A stretch of 39,329 nucleotides of DNA, from assembly GCA_964460835.1 (NCBI GenBank), contig CAYWQF010000002.1:1-39329 (forward strand). The letters run 5' to 3'. The notes beneath the pieces were generated by a model. The model ran no database searches. It worked only from the letters and a program-made list of their open reading frames with translations, and was not told the origin of the DNA. Of this stretch, positions 17,010 to 24,596 are shown piece by piece. This stretch comes from an uncultured Candidatus Saccharibacteria bacterium (lineage in GTDB: Bacteria > Patescibacteriota > Minisyncoccia > Phycocordibacterales > CAIZLB01). Both the position numbers and the translations under genes were made by a program. Numbering within the stretch: the stretch's first letter is position 1; every line of letters starts with the position of its first letter.

Positions 17010-17459
17010 GTGAATACATTGACAAAAATTGGTGAAGCCGCCCTCAAGAAACTTTTGAGCTCAGCTGAGTTTCGGGGATTAGATCCTGAGACTCAAGTGC
17101 AGATTGATTTTCCAAACATATATCCGGACTTGTCTGCAAAAGTGGGTAACCACAATTTCAAAGAACACTTTGGCAGCTTTCAGGTTTGCCGAGGGCGTGC
17201 ATATTGGATTTGGGGTATTGCCCTCGGTTTGCGTGATCTGGACATCAACGAAGGGGAGACTCTTCTTGATGGTATCGACAAGGTCATGATGTACTATTCG
17301 GTTCCTCAGCCTTCGCATGTCATCGTATTTGACTGGAGTGAGGACGACTTTCTGGATAGCTCCAAGACCTACACGGTTTACAGGCTCTCACAAGTCCAAG
17401 ACAGGCTACTTGCTGAAAAAAGGCAGGAACTCTTGGTGAGTGCAATGGCACTGTCTTAA
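17010..17459 (+). CDS. Hypothetical protein (149 aa, GTG start in track)
   Basis: ORF with 48% GC in a hand-counted line (17161-17220). It is preceded by a ~135-nt leader with two hairpins and followed by a terminator-like hairpin. No motif recognised. The start codon is uncertain (GTG 17010 or TTG 17019; no clear SD). Confidence 0.5.
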   Translation: MNTLTKIGEAALKKLLSSAEFRGLDPETQVQIDFPNIYPDLSAKVGNHNFKEHFGSFQVCRGRAYWIWGIALGLRDLDINEGETLLDGIDKVMMYYSVPQPSHVIVFDWSEDDFLDSSKTYTVYRLSQVQDRLLAEKRQELLVSAMALS

Positions 17460-17466
17460 ACATCAC

Positions 17467-17520
17467 GAACCCGTTACAAATGGAGAAGTTCTCTCTGCTT
17501 GCAGCGGGTTCTTCTTTTAT
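17467..17520 (+). terminator. Candidate intrinsic terminator after the 17010-17459 ORF
   Basis: GAACCCG (17467-17473) pairs with CGGGTTC (17505-17511) around a 31-nt internally pairing loop, followed by ttcttttat. Confidence 0.4.
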
Positions 17521-17584
17521 AAATTTTACAAAATGTGGATACTCCAATATCCCACGCCAATATTTAACTGTATAATATTAAAAT

Positions 17585-18067
17585 ATGTTCAGTATAATAA
17601 ACATCACGCTCGTTGTTACCACATTACTTTTAACAATAATCTCTTTCTATCGAGGTCGTGGAGTATTATTTAGTGCCATCGTCAGCTTCTATCCAGCTAT
17701 AGCACTTTACGCATCGTTTCCATATATTCAAAAGTTCATATTTTTCAAGGCCAACTCAGAGCAAATCTTTTATTCTCATGTATTAATATTTGCAGTTTTC
17801 TTCACAATCGTCTTTTTGGTAAGTCGCCAGATCATTCATGCAGAAGGGCATAGAATGGGTTTTCGAAAAGTTTTAGACTCATTGCTCTTGTCTATATCCG
17901 TAGTACTTCTCACTACAGCGCTTTGTTTCCACATACTTCCATCAAGAGATATTTTCAATCTATCTAGAGATATTCAAAACTTCCTCACATCAGATGTTGG
18001 CTATTTTGTTTCAATGCTTGCACCAATGTTTGTAGTGTATTGGATGACTAGGAGGAGTTATTATTAG
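17585..18067 (+). CDS. Polytopic membrane protein, CvpA-like
   Basis: 160 aa with about four hydrophobic helices. The N-terminal pattern LLLTIISFYRGRGVLFSAIVSF resembles the CvpA/colicin V production family (helix, then G(Y/F)RRG, then helix). Confidence 0.6.
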   Translation: MFSIINITLVVTTLLLTIISFYRGRGVLFSAIVSFYPAIALYASFPYIQKFIFFKANSEQIFYSHVLIFAVFFTIVFLVSRQIIHAEGHRMGFRKVLDSLLLSISVVLLTTALCFHILPSRDIFNLSRDIQNFLTSDVGYFVSMLAPMFVVYWMTRRSYY

Positions 18068-18104
18068 GATAAATAGAGGTGGGGATAAGCCCTCTCTGAA
18101 AAAC

Positions 18105-18133
18105 TTGCAAAAGTTTTAAATCCGTGCTTTAAT
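18105..18133 (+). promoter_or_regulatory. Candidate promoter upstream of plsC
   Basis: TTGCAA (18105-18110), a 17-nt spacer, then TTTAAT (18128-18133). Confidence 0.4.
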
Positions 18134-18139
18134 GGAATC

Positions 18140-18298
18140 ACTTAAATGACCCAGGCATCCGACCAAATACTTCGGAAAAAACGCGATTTATTTCGCGATA
18201 TACGTTTAAGCCAGAATCTTACTGGCTCTATTAGGCACCCTTTAACAGTCGACGACTCTAATACAGTCGTCGCTTTTTTTATACATTTTTCAAAATTT
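18140..18298 (+). promoter_or_regulatory. Candidate structured 5' leader/attenuator (or independent small RNA) preceding plsC
   Basis: Hairpins CCGA/TCGG (18159-18175), CGCGA/TCGCG (18182-18197) and AGCCAG/CTGGCT (18209-18227), then a terminator at 18250-18280. The alternative reading is a 51-aa N-terminal extension of PlsC, because the frame is open from ATG 18146. Confidence 0.35.
18250..18280 (+). terminator. Intrinsic terminator-like hairpin 18 nt upstream of the plsC ATG
   Basis: CGACGAC (18250-18256) pairs with GTCGTCG (18266-18272), with a 9-nt loop, followed by c then TTTTTTT (18274-18280). Confidence 0.5.
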
Positions 18299-19024
18299 AT
18301 GAAAAATTTACCTAGTTTATGCTACAACCTTGCACACTCAGGACTCATATTTACCCTAAAAATACTCAAAGAAATCAGATGCGCGGCCATCAAGATCTAC
18401 GCTGGTACTACGCAGTTTCTATCATGGATTGTTTTGTGGCCATTATTTCATCTTTTATTTAAAGTACGTATAAATGGTAGAGAAAATCTTCGAGGACTTC
18501 ACGGTCCACATATCATCATCGCCAATCACACTCGTTTTTATGATAGTTTTCTTTTTCGTCTAGCTGTCGGTTTTTGGTCAAGACTTCTACCTATGCGTTT
18601 TATGGCCGTACAAAAGTTTGATCACGGTTTTCTAAATATGATGCAAAAGCTCGGTATCATACCACTCGTTTACGGTATCTTTGGTGTGTTTGTGGTAGAG
18701 CACGGTCGAGGTTTGCACAAAAACCTGAAGAGAGCTAAAGAAATCATCAAAAACAATGGGACAGTAGCTCTTTTCCCTGAGGGGCGAATAAGCAAAGATG
18801 GGTCTATAGGTATGTTTAAACGAGGTGTGTCTGCTTTGGCGCTTTCTACTGATACTCCCGTGCTTTCACTCGGTATACATATAGATGACAGTCGTTTGCG
18901 AAATATGACTGGTCGCGGTATTATAAATATAAACATAGGTGCTTCAGAAAAACTTCAGACACATCACACCTATGAAGAACTCGCTGAAATACTTCGCGTG
19001 AAGGTGATGGGGTTGGTAAAGTAA
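18299..19024 (+). CDS. plsC: 1-acyl-sn-glycerol-3-phosphate acyltransferase family protein
   Basis: HX4D catalytic motif in IIIANHTRFYDSF and the FPEGR motif in LFPEGRISKDG. The start at 18299 gives a normal-length protein, but the ORF is open back to 18146, so the start is ambiguous. Confidence 0.85.
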   Translation: MKNLPSLCYNLAHSGLIFTLKILKEIRCAAIKIYAGTTQFLSWIVLWPLFHLLFKVRINGRENLRGLHGPHIIIANHTRFYDSFLFRLAVGFWSRLLPMRFMAVQKFDHGFLNMMQKLGIIPLVYGIFGVFVVEHGRGLHKNLKRAKEIIKNNGTVALFPEGRISKDGSIGMFKRGVSALALSTDTPVLSLGIHIDDSRLRNMTGRGIININIGASEKLQTHHTYEELAEILRVKVMGLVK

Positions 19025-19107
19025 CATGATATGTTGTTAGGCTGAGCAAGTCATGTCGGGAGGTATATTATTTTTTATTATTGAAATACAGACAAACAGA
19101 TAACATA

Positions 19108-20022
19108 ATGCATAAAATAGAAAAGGTACTTAAGAAAAAGACCAGGATAATTAAGGATAAAGATCTAAAACTAGAAAACAATTCTCTTATAAGAAAATTG
19201 TTTAATTTTTTTAGCATACCAATATTAAATGTACTCCCTATTAAATCTAGAGGATTGATAAAAAAGAGTAATAAGGCAGTAGGGGACATTGTAGATAATG
19301 CCACAACTCATAAGGCTTTAGAAATTCTCTACCAAAGAGGAAAAAGTCACTCCATTAAAAAGATATATGAGAGAATTGCGCATAAAGTCTGGTTTAGTAC
19401 TAATAATTCAAAGGCTGTAAGAAATAGACTTAAGATAGTTACAAACGAGATATCAGATATAGTAAAAAATAAACTGGACTCTGGAATTAAGGAGATGAAT
19501 GTATTAAGTATTGCCGCCGGGTCAGCTCGAGCTGTTATTGAAGCCTTAAACAAAAATATTTCAAAGGATATAAAAATAAATGTCACTTTTGTTGATAAAA
19601 GTAATGACGCTTTGAAGTACAGTCAAGAATTAATAAACGACTATGAGATTTATAATAATAAGAATTATAATTTTACATGGATAGAAGATACAGTAAATGG
19701 TTTTTTAGATAGAAGTTCAAGTAACTTCCATATAGTTGAAATGGTTGGTCTTATGGATTATTTTTCTGACGAAAAAGCTTTGAATATATTTAAAAAAATA
19801 CATGACTTGCTAGAAAAAGATGGATATTTTATAACAGCTAACATAAATGACAACTCAGAAAAAAAGTTTGTTACAAAAGCTATAGGTTGGCCTATGGTTT
19901 ATAGATCGGCTGAACACATAGGTAGATTAGTTCACGAGTCTGGGTTTCCACACCTAAATATAGATGTGTACTATGAACCGCTCAAAATACATTCTATAAT
20001 AGTTGCAAGGCGAGAGTCTTAA
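19108..20022 (+). CDS. Class I SAM-dependent methyltransferase with a long helical N-terminal extension
   Basis: Rossmann motif I-like NVLSIAAGSARAV, an acidic motif II VTFVDKSNDA and motif IV-like IVEMVGLMDYF. ATG 19108 is preferred over the TTG at 19081. GC is very low: 20% in hand-counted line 19621-19680. Confidence 0.8.
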   Translation: MHKIEKVLKKKTRIIKDKDLKLENNSLIRKLFNFFSIPILNVLPIKSRGLIKKSNKAVGDIVDNATTHKALEILYQRGKSHSIKKIYERIAHKVWFSTNNSKAVRNRLKIVTNEISDIVKNKLDSGIKEMNVLSIAAGSARAVIEALNKNISKDIKINVTFVDKSNDALKYSQELINDYEIYNNKNYNFTWIEDTVNGFLDRSSSNFHIVEMVGLMDYFSDEKALNIFKKIHDLLEKDGYFITANINDNSEKKFVTKAIGWPMVYRSAEHIGRLVHESGFPHLNIDVYYEPLKIHSIIVARRES

Positions 20023-20025
20023 CTC

Positions 20026-21627
20026 ATGGAAATAAAAAACATACTCTTATTTATAGTATCGATAATTACAGCTTATCTAAGTCTTTTTATATTAAGAGGT
20101 AAAAAGACTTACTCCAACAAAGTCTTTTCTATTTTCATTTTGGCTGTAGGATTATGGGCTTTTGGAATATCTTTTTTTTATCTGTCATCAAATTTAAAGG
20201 ACGCACTATTTTATCTAAAATTCTACTATATAGCAGCAGCGGCTATTCCGGTCTCATTCTTACTATTTTCTCTTTCATTCCCCAGGGAAAAAATTGTAAG
20301 TCTTCGTATCAAGTCTGTGTGTACAATTTCTTTTTCAATACTTTCTTTATTTATTGTATTTTACCCAAATTTTATAGTAAGGAGTATTTTTCTAAGTAAT
20401 CCTAAGAGTGTGAATCTAGATCATGGAAGTTATGCATGGTTCTTTGTGTATTTTATAGTCTCACTATTAATAGCTTATATTAATTTAATACATTCCTACA
20501 TAAAAGAGACTGATAAAGAATTTAAGGTTCAATTAAAAGTACTAACAATAGGGACATTCATACCTTATATTTTTGGAATGTTATTTAACTTGATTATACC
20601 TATTTATACCTACTCATATATATGGGTAGGTCCATTATTTGGATTGGTTGTTGTATTTGTAGTTTTGTATGCAGTATACAAACATAGACTTTTTGATACG
20701 AAAGTATTAACAGCTGAATTATTTACTTTCACACTGTGGATTTTTATATTTTTAAGAGCTTTGATAGCAGAAGATGCTAAGGAAAAATTAATAAACATAG
20801 GGTTACTATTTTTGACCGTTGTAATAGGTATATTTTTAATAAGAAGTGTTAAAAAAGAAGTAGAGACAAGAGAGAAAATAGAAAAGCTTGCAACAGATCT
20901 AGAAAATGCTAACGAGAGGCTCCAAGAACTCGACAAGCAAAAGTCTGAATTCGTATCCCTAGCAAGTCATCAACTACGAGGACCTCTGACAGCTGTAAAA
21001 GGTTATGCCTCCATGTTGCTAGAAGGTGACTTTGGCGAACTAGCATCTAGTACAAGAGATGCTGTAGAGAAGATTTTTAAATCAACTCAAGATCTTGTAG
21101 TGATAGTAGGAGACTATCTCGATGTATCTAGAATAGAGCAAGGTAGAATGCAATATGACTTCACTACTTTTGATATTAGTGAGCTTGTAGCTACAGTGGT
21201 CACAGAGTTCAGACCAAACATAGAGCTAGCAAAACTCACTATTGATTTTGATTATGATTCTACAAAACAATATTTTGTTAACGCTGATCAAGGAAAGATA
21301 AAACAGGTTATAGGAAACATAATAGATAACAGTATTAAGTATACTCCACGTGGAGGTATACATGTTTGGCTATCTAGAAATGCGTCAAACAAAATATTGA
21401 TTTCAATATCTGATACAGGAGTAGGTATACACCCTGAGGTACTTCCAAGACTGTTTGAAAAGTTTACTCGAGCCCCTGATGCTTCAAAGACAAACATAAT
21501 GGGTACTGGCTTAGGGCTTTATGTAGCTAAGAAAATGATAGAGGCACACCATGGACGAATCTGGGCAGAATCAGCTGGTACAGGCAAAGGGGCAACATTC
21601 TTTATAGAAATTGAACCTATAAATTAA
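20026..21627 (+). CDS. Sensor histidine kinase with a polytopic (HisKA_7TM-like) N-terminal domain
   Basis: About 270 aa of multiple TM helices and a coiled coil. H-box SHQLRGPLTAVKGYASML, N-box DNSIKYTP, G1 DTGVGI and G2 GTGLGLYVAKKMIEAHHGRIWAES. Confidence 0.9.
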   Translation: MEIKNILLFIVSIITAYLSLFILRGKKTYSNKVFSIFILAVGLWAFGISFFYLSSNLKDALFYLKFYYIAAAAIPVSFLLFSLSFPREKIVSLRIKSVCTISFSILSLFIVFYPNFIVRSIFLSNPKSVNLDHGSYAWFFVYFIVSLLIAYINLIHSYIKETDKEFKVQLKVLTIGTFIPYIFGMLFNLIIPIYTYSYIWVGPLFGLVVVFVVLYAVYKHRLFDTKVLTAELFTFTLWIFIFLRALIAEDAKEKLINIGLLFLTVVIGIFLIRSVKKEVETREKIEKLATDLENANERLQELDKQKSEFVSLASHQLRGPLTAVKGYASMLLEGDFGELASSTRDAVEKIFKSTQDLVVIVGDYLDVSRIEQGRMQYDFTTFDISELVATVVTEFRPNIELAKLTIDFDYDSTKQYFVNADQGKIKQVIGNIIDNSIKYTPRGGIHVWLSRNASNKILISISDTGVGIHPEVLPRLFEKFTRAPDASKTNIMGTGLGLYVAKKMIEAHHGRIWAESAGTGKGATFFIEIEPIN

Positions 21628-21686
21628 TTTATCTTTTCTTTATAAAAAATTAAGGTGGTTTGTTATATAGTATTTAAGTAAATATT

Positions 21687-23534
21687 ATGGACGCGATAAA
21701 TGTAACAATCGGAGTATTCATACTCATAAATTTAATGATTGTTGTTGTTTCTTTTACTAGTAGCAACAAAAAAACCGATGATGAGTTAGTCTACAATTTG
21801 TACCTTGTAAATATACTAACAATAGTTTGGTGGTTAAGTAGTATGTTTTTTTATAGAATTTCTAGTCAAAATAATATCTTATTAAATACAAAAATTTTAT
21901 ATGTATCAGCTACGACTATAGCTAGCAGCTTTTACTATTTTTCACTTATTTTTATTGATAATTCAAAAAAATACACCAAGCAGATAGTACCTTTAGTATT
22001 ATTAAATACAGGACTTATGTTTTTTACATTTTTTGGAGACTTAATCATAAAAAACGCCCGGATATCTTATAGTAATGAAAATATTATAGTATTTGGAAAA
22101 TATTACTTTATTTATGTTTTATATATTCTATATTATTTTAATTCTAGTTTTATAAGATTATTTATACACTATAAAAAGGAATCTGAGATCACTAAAAAAG
22201 GTCAGATATTTTATATTTTTATTGGATATACAGCATCTGGAATAGTTGCTTTTTTATCTAATTTAATTTTACCTTGGTTTGGTATTTTTAATTTTAATTG
22301 GTTGGGACAAATTTCCACCCTCTTCATGATTCTCTCCATCACTTATGCCGTAAAGAAATACCACTTATTCAATATCAACATACTGACCGCCGAGGTGTTT
22401 GTATTTACTTTGTGGGTGTTTACTATTATCAAACTAACGATGTTCGAGCCTGTCACCAGCAATGTCATGGGTATCGCCAATAACATCAACATCATAGATT
22501 CACCGCTGGCAAGTATCGCTTTTTTGATCATGGTCTTAGTTGTCGGCATCATGCTTATTAGAAGTGTAAAAAATGAAACTGAAAGAAACCTGGAAAATAT
22601 TGCCTTGGTGGCGCAACTTAAAAAAGCGAAGTTGAAACTTGAAGAAGTCGATGAGATAAAGACTCGTTTTGTTTCGCTCGCAACTCACCACATAGCTAGC
22701 CCTCTCACTGCCATAAAAGCATATACATCTATGCTCAAAGAAGAAGACTCCATGATCGACACGCAAGCATTAAAGAGTGCACCTGAAGATACAAATAATA
22801 TTATTAAAATAGAACCTATGCTCGACAGTCTTGTGGCGATAATAAAAGACTTTCTGGATATTTCCCAAATAGAAGCGGGAGAGGCGGATTATGATTTTGA
22901 AGAATTTGACATACACGAGGCGATAGATGAAGCTGTTGAAATAACACAGAAAGAGCAATCATTTTTACTGCACACAAATAATATAAATATTAAACTGAAT
23001 ACGATTCGACCAGAAATGTTTGGGGCAGGGATTGAACCCGCGACCTTGAAAACCCTAGGTGATAAAACAAAAACTATAAAAGCCGTTGAAAATATATTGG
23101 CAAATTCTATAAAGTATTCTAAGGACAAAGATGTCGCTGTGGAAATATCGTTAGAAAGATCAGAGGCTATACCAAAGACTACATCGACCAAAGCAAGTCG
23201 CGCTGACGAATTTAGTGGATCTGACAGTACTGATAAGAATGACAAGATTGAAAGTGGCTCAAAAATACTTATAAAAATATCAGACTTCGGTATACGCTCA
23301 CTTCCAGAGCTGTCGCCACAACTTTTGCAAAAGTTTGGCCCAAGAAAGACTAAGCAGGGTGGTGAAAATTTATCAGTCGACAATAAAAAAACTCAAGAAG
23401 CGAAACTCATGGGTAGGGGACTTGGAGTATATGTCGCCAAGCAAATAATAGAGGCACAAAACGGCACGCTGGATATAGAGTATGAAGAAAAAACAAAAAT
23501 GTGGCACTTTTATATAAGGCTAAATTTGGCATAA
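21687..23534 (+). CDS. Paralogous 7TM sensor histidine kinase with a divergent/degenerate ATP-binding domain
   Basis: The TM region and juxtamembrane motifs are shared with the upstream kinase (KYHLFNINILTAEVFVFTLWVF versus KHRLFDTKVLTAELFTFTLWIF). H-box THHIASPLTAIKAYTSML and N-box ANSIKYS are present. The G1 position reads DFGIR instead of DxGxG. There are two low-complexity inserts. G2 is GRGLGVYVAKQIIEAQNG. Confidence 0.85.
   Translation: MDAINVTIGVFILINLMIVVVSFTSSNKKTDDELVYNLYLVNILTIVWWLSSMFFYRISSQNNILLNTKILYVSATTIASSFYYFSLIFIDNSKKYTKQIVPLVLLNTGLMFFTFFGDLIIKNARISYSNENIIVFGKYYFIYVLYILYYFNSSFIRLFIHYKKESEITKKGQIFYIFIGYTASGIVAFLSNLILPWFGIFNFNWLGQISTLFMILSITYAVKKYHLFNINILTAEVFVFTLWVFTIIKLTMFEPVTSNVMGIANNINIIDSPLASIAFLIMVLVVGIMLIRSVKNETERNLENIALVAQLKKAKLKLEEVDEIKTRFVSLATHHIASPLTAIKAYTSMLKEEDSMIDTQALKSAPEDTNNIIKIEPMLDSLVAIIKDFLDISQIEAGEADYDFEEFDIHEAIDEAVEITQKEQSFLLHTNNINIKLNTIRPEMFGAGIEPATLKTLGDKTKTIKAVENILANSIKYSKDKDVAVEISLERSEAIPKTTSTKASRADEFSGSDSTDKNDKIESGSKILIKISDFGIRSLPELSPQLLQKFGPRKTKQGGENLSVDNKKTQEAKLMGRGLGVYVAKQIIEAQNGTLDIEYEEKTKMWHFYIRLNLA
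23017..23047 (-). other. tRNA 3'-half-like fragment (variable loop, T-arm and acceptor 3' strand) antisense inside the kinase gene
   Basis: The reverse complement reads AAGGTC GCGGG TTCAATC CCTGC CCCAAAC A. That gives a 5-bp T stem (one G-U), a canonical 7-nt T loop and a 7-nt acceptor strand. It is a GC-rich patch in a ~30% GC gene. The sense frame encodes GAGIEPATL, the peptide typical of ORFs that read antisense through tRNA T-arms. There is no anticodon or D arm, so it is not a gene. Confidence 0.4.
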
Positions 23535-23599
23535 AACCATAGAGGATATTTATGAGATAATGCCTTATTAAATGGCTTGAATTAAAGATTTCAGGTAAT

Positions 23600-23629
23600 T
23601 TGACTAAATGGCTTATTTCGTGTTATTAT
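23600..23629 (+). promoter_or_regulatory. Candidate promoter of the alpha/beta hydrolase cassette
   Basis: TTGACT (23600-23605), an 18-nt spacer, then TGtTATTAT (23621-23629). A 10-nt direct repeat TAAATGGCTT sits at 23569-23578 and 23605-23614. Confidence 0.4.
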
Positions 23630-23736
23630 ACATGATAGAAAGGATAGGGTGTCTAGGCCATCACGGTGCCTAAAATCACTACGGGCTGGTGCTCTAGTGG
23701 ATGAAAACAGACAAAAACAAACCCTTATTTTGAAAA

Positions 23737-24537
23737 GTGAATCACGATGTTTATCCCAAAATCCCATTTTGTATGGGTCAAGGTTATGCAAAAAATCTTC
23801 ATTTCTGCCGAACTCTTGGAAGAGAGTGGAGAACGGCATTTGCTTTCTCACCCATGCCAAAAGGATCGCTTTCTGTAGAAGCAGAAGGGGCAAAACAACT
23901 TTTGTCCTACTTCAAAGGATCATTGGAGCCAGACATCTTGTTTGGCCACTCAACTGGCGCAGTACTGGCGCTGAGCTTGGCACGTTTTTTGCCGAGTGTT
24001 CAGAAGCTGGTGCTTCTGGCGCCAGCGCCAATGCCGGGTATGATTATTCCAGCCTATCTGCAAGCTCGCATGCTGTTAAACCCGCTACAGTATCTACTGC
24101 CGTCGCTACTCGGAAAAGAATTTTCTCTGACACGAGCAGATACATGCGGTCTGATGCTCAACATGATGAAGTCTTGGGATCAGAATGAGTCCTTGCCGTT
24201 TTGTGGCAAACCTTGGTCGGGAGCAATAGTGAGAGAGATGATGCTTTCACCGTTCTCATCCTCATTTGACTGGGCTGGCCTTGAAGGTAAAGAGATTCAC
24301 GTGATCAGCGGTGGCGCTAACAAGATGATTCAACCATGGTTTGCGAAAAAGGTTGGTCAGCACATTGCTGACCAAGCGGGTGTAACTGTGCACTATCGGG
24401 AAATACCCAATGCTGACCATACACTGATGTGCGGTGACAATGCATCATTTGCATTTCACTGCATTTTCCAACGTATCGACGTTCGTCCACCGTATCGTGA
24501 CGAGATCGATTTGGCCTGTGACATGAGCTACTGCTGA
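23737..24537 (+). CDS. Alpha/beta-fold hydrolase (serine hydrolase)
   Basis: Nucleophile elbow GHSTG in ILFGHSTGAVLALSLA and a likely catalytic His in NADHTL near the C-terminus. GC is 45-55% in hand-counted lines. It has a GTG start and no classic HG oxyanion motif, so the N-terminus may be atypical or truncated. Confidence 0.7.
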   Translation: MNHDVYPKIPFCMGQGYAKNLHFCRTLGREWRTAFAFSPMPKGSLSVEAEGAKQLLSYFKGSLEPDILFGHSTGAVLALSLARFLPSVQKLVLLAPAPMPGMIIPAYLQARMLLNPLQYLLPSLLGKEFSLTRADTCGLMLNMMKSWDQNESLPFCGKPWSGAIVREMMLSPFSSSFDWAGLEGKEIHVISGGANKMIQPWFAKKVGQHIADQAGVTVHYREIPNADHTLMCGDNASFAFHCIFQRIDVRPPYRDEIDLACDMSYC

Positions 24538-24596
24538 AACGTAGCGTGCGTTGAAAGCGCCAGTCAAATACCATAGACCAACTGAACCTCAACAAT

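Noticed and set aside
23650-23700. Two ACGG tetranucleotides in the hydrolase leader, suggesting a guanidine-II (mini-ykkC) riboswitch.
   Set aside because: In mini-ykkC the ACGR forms the tetraloop of two GC-rich hairpins. Here the flanking bases (catcACGGtgcc, cactACGGgctg) cannot pair to close such loops.
23649-24188. An alternative-frame 179-aa ORF overlapping the hydrolase gene, possibly indicating a frameshifted pseudogene.
   Set aside because: Its translation is Arg/Ser/Cys-rich junk with no motif. The 23737-24537 frame carries the GHSTG nucleophile elbow and a C-terminal His, and it is uninterrupted.
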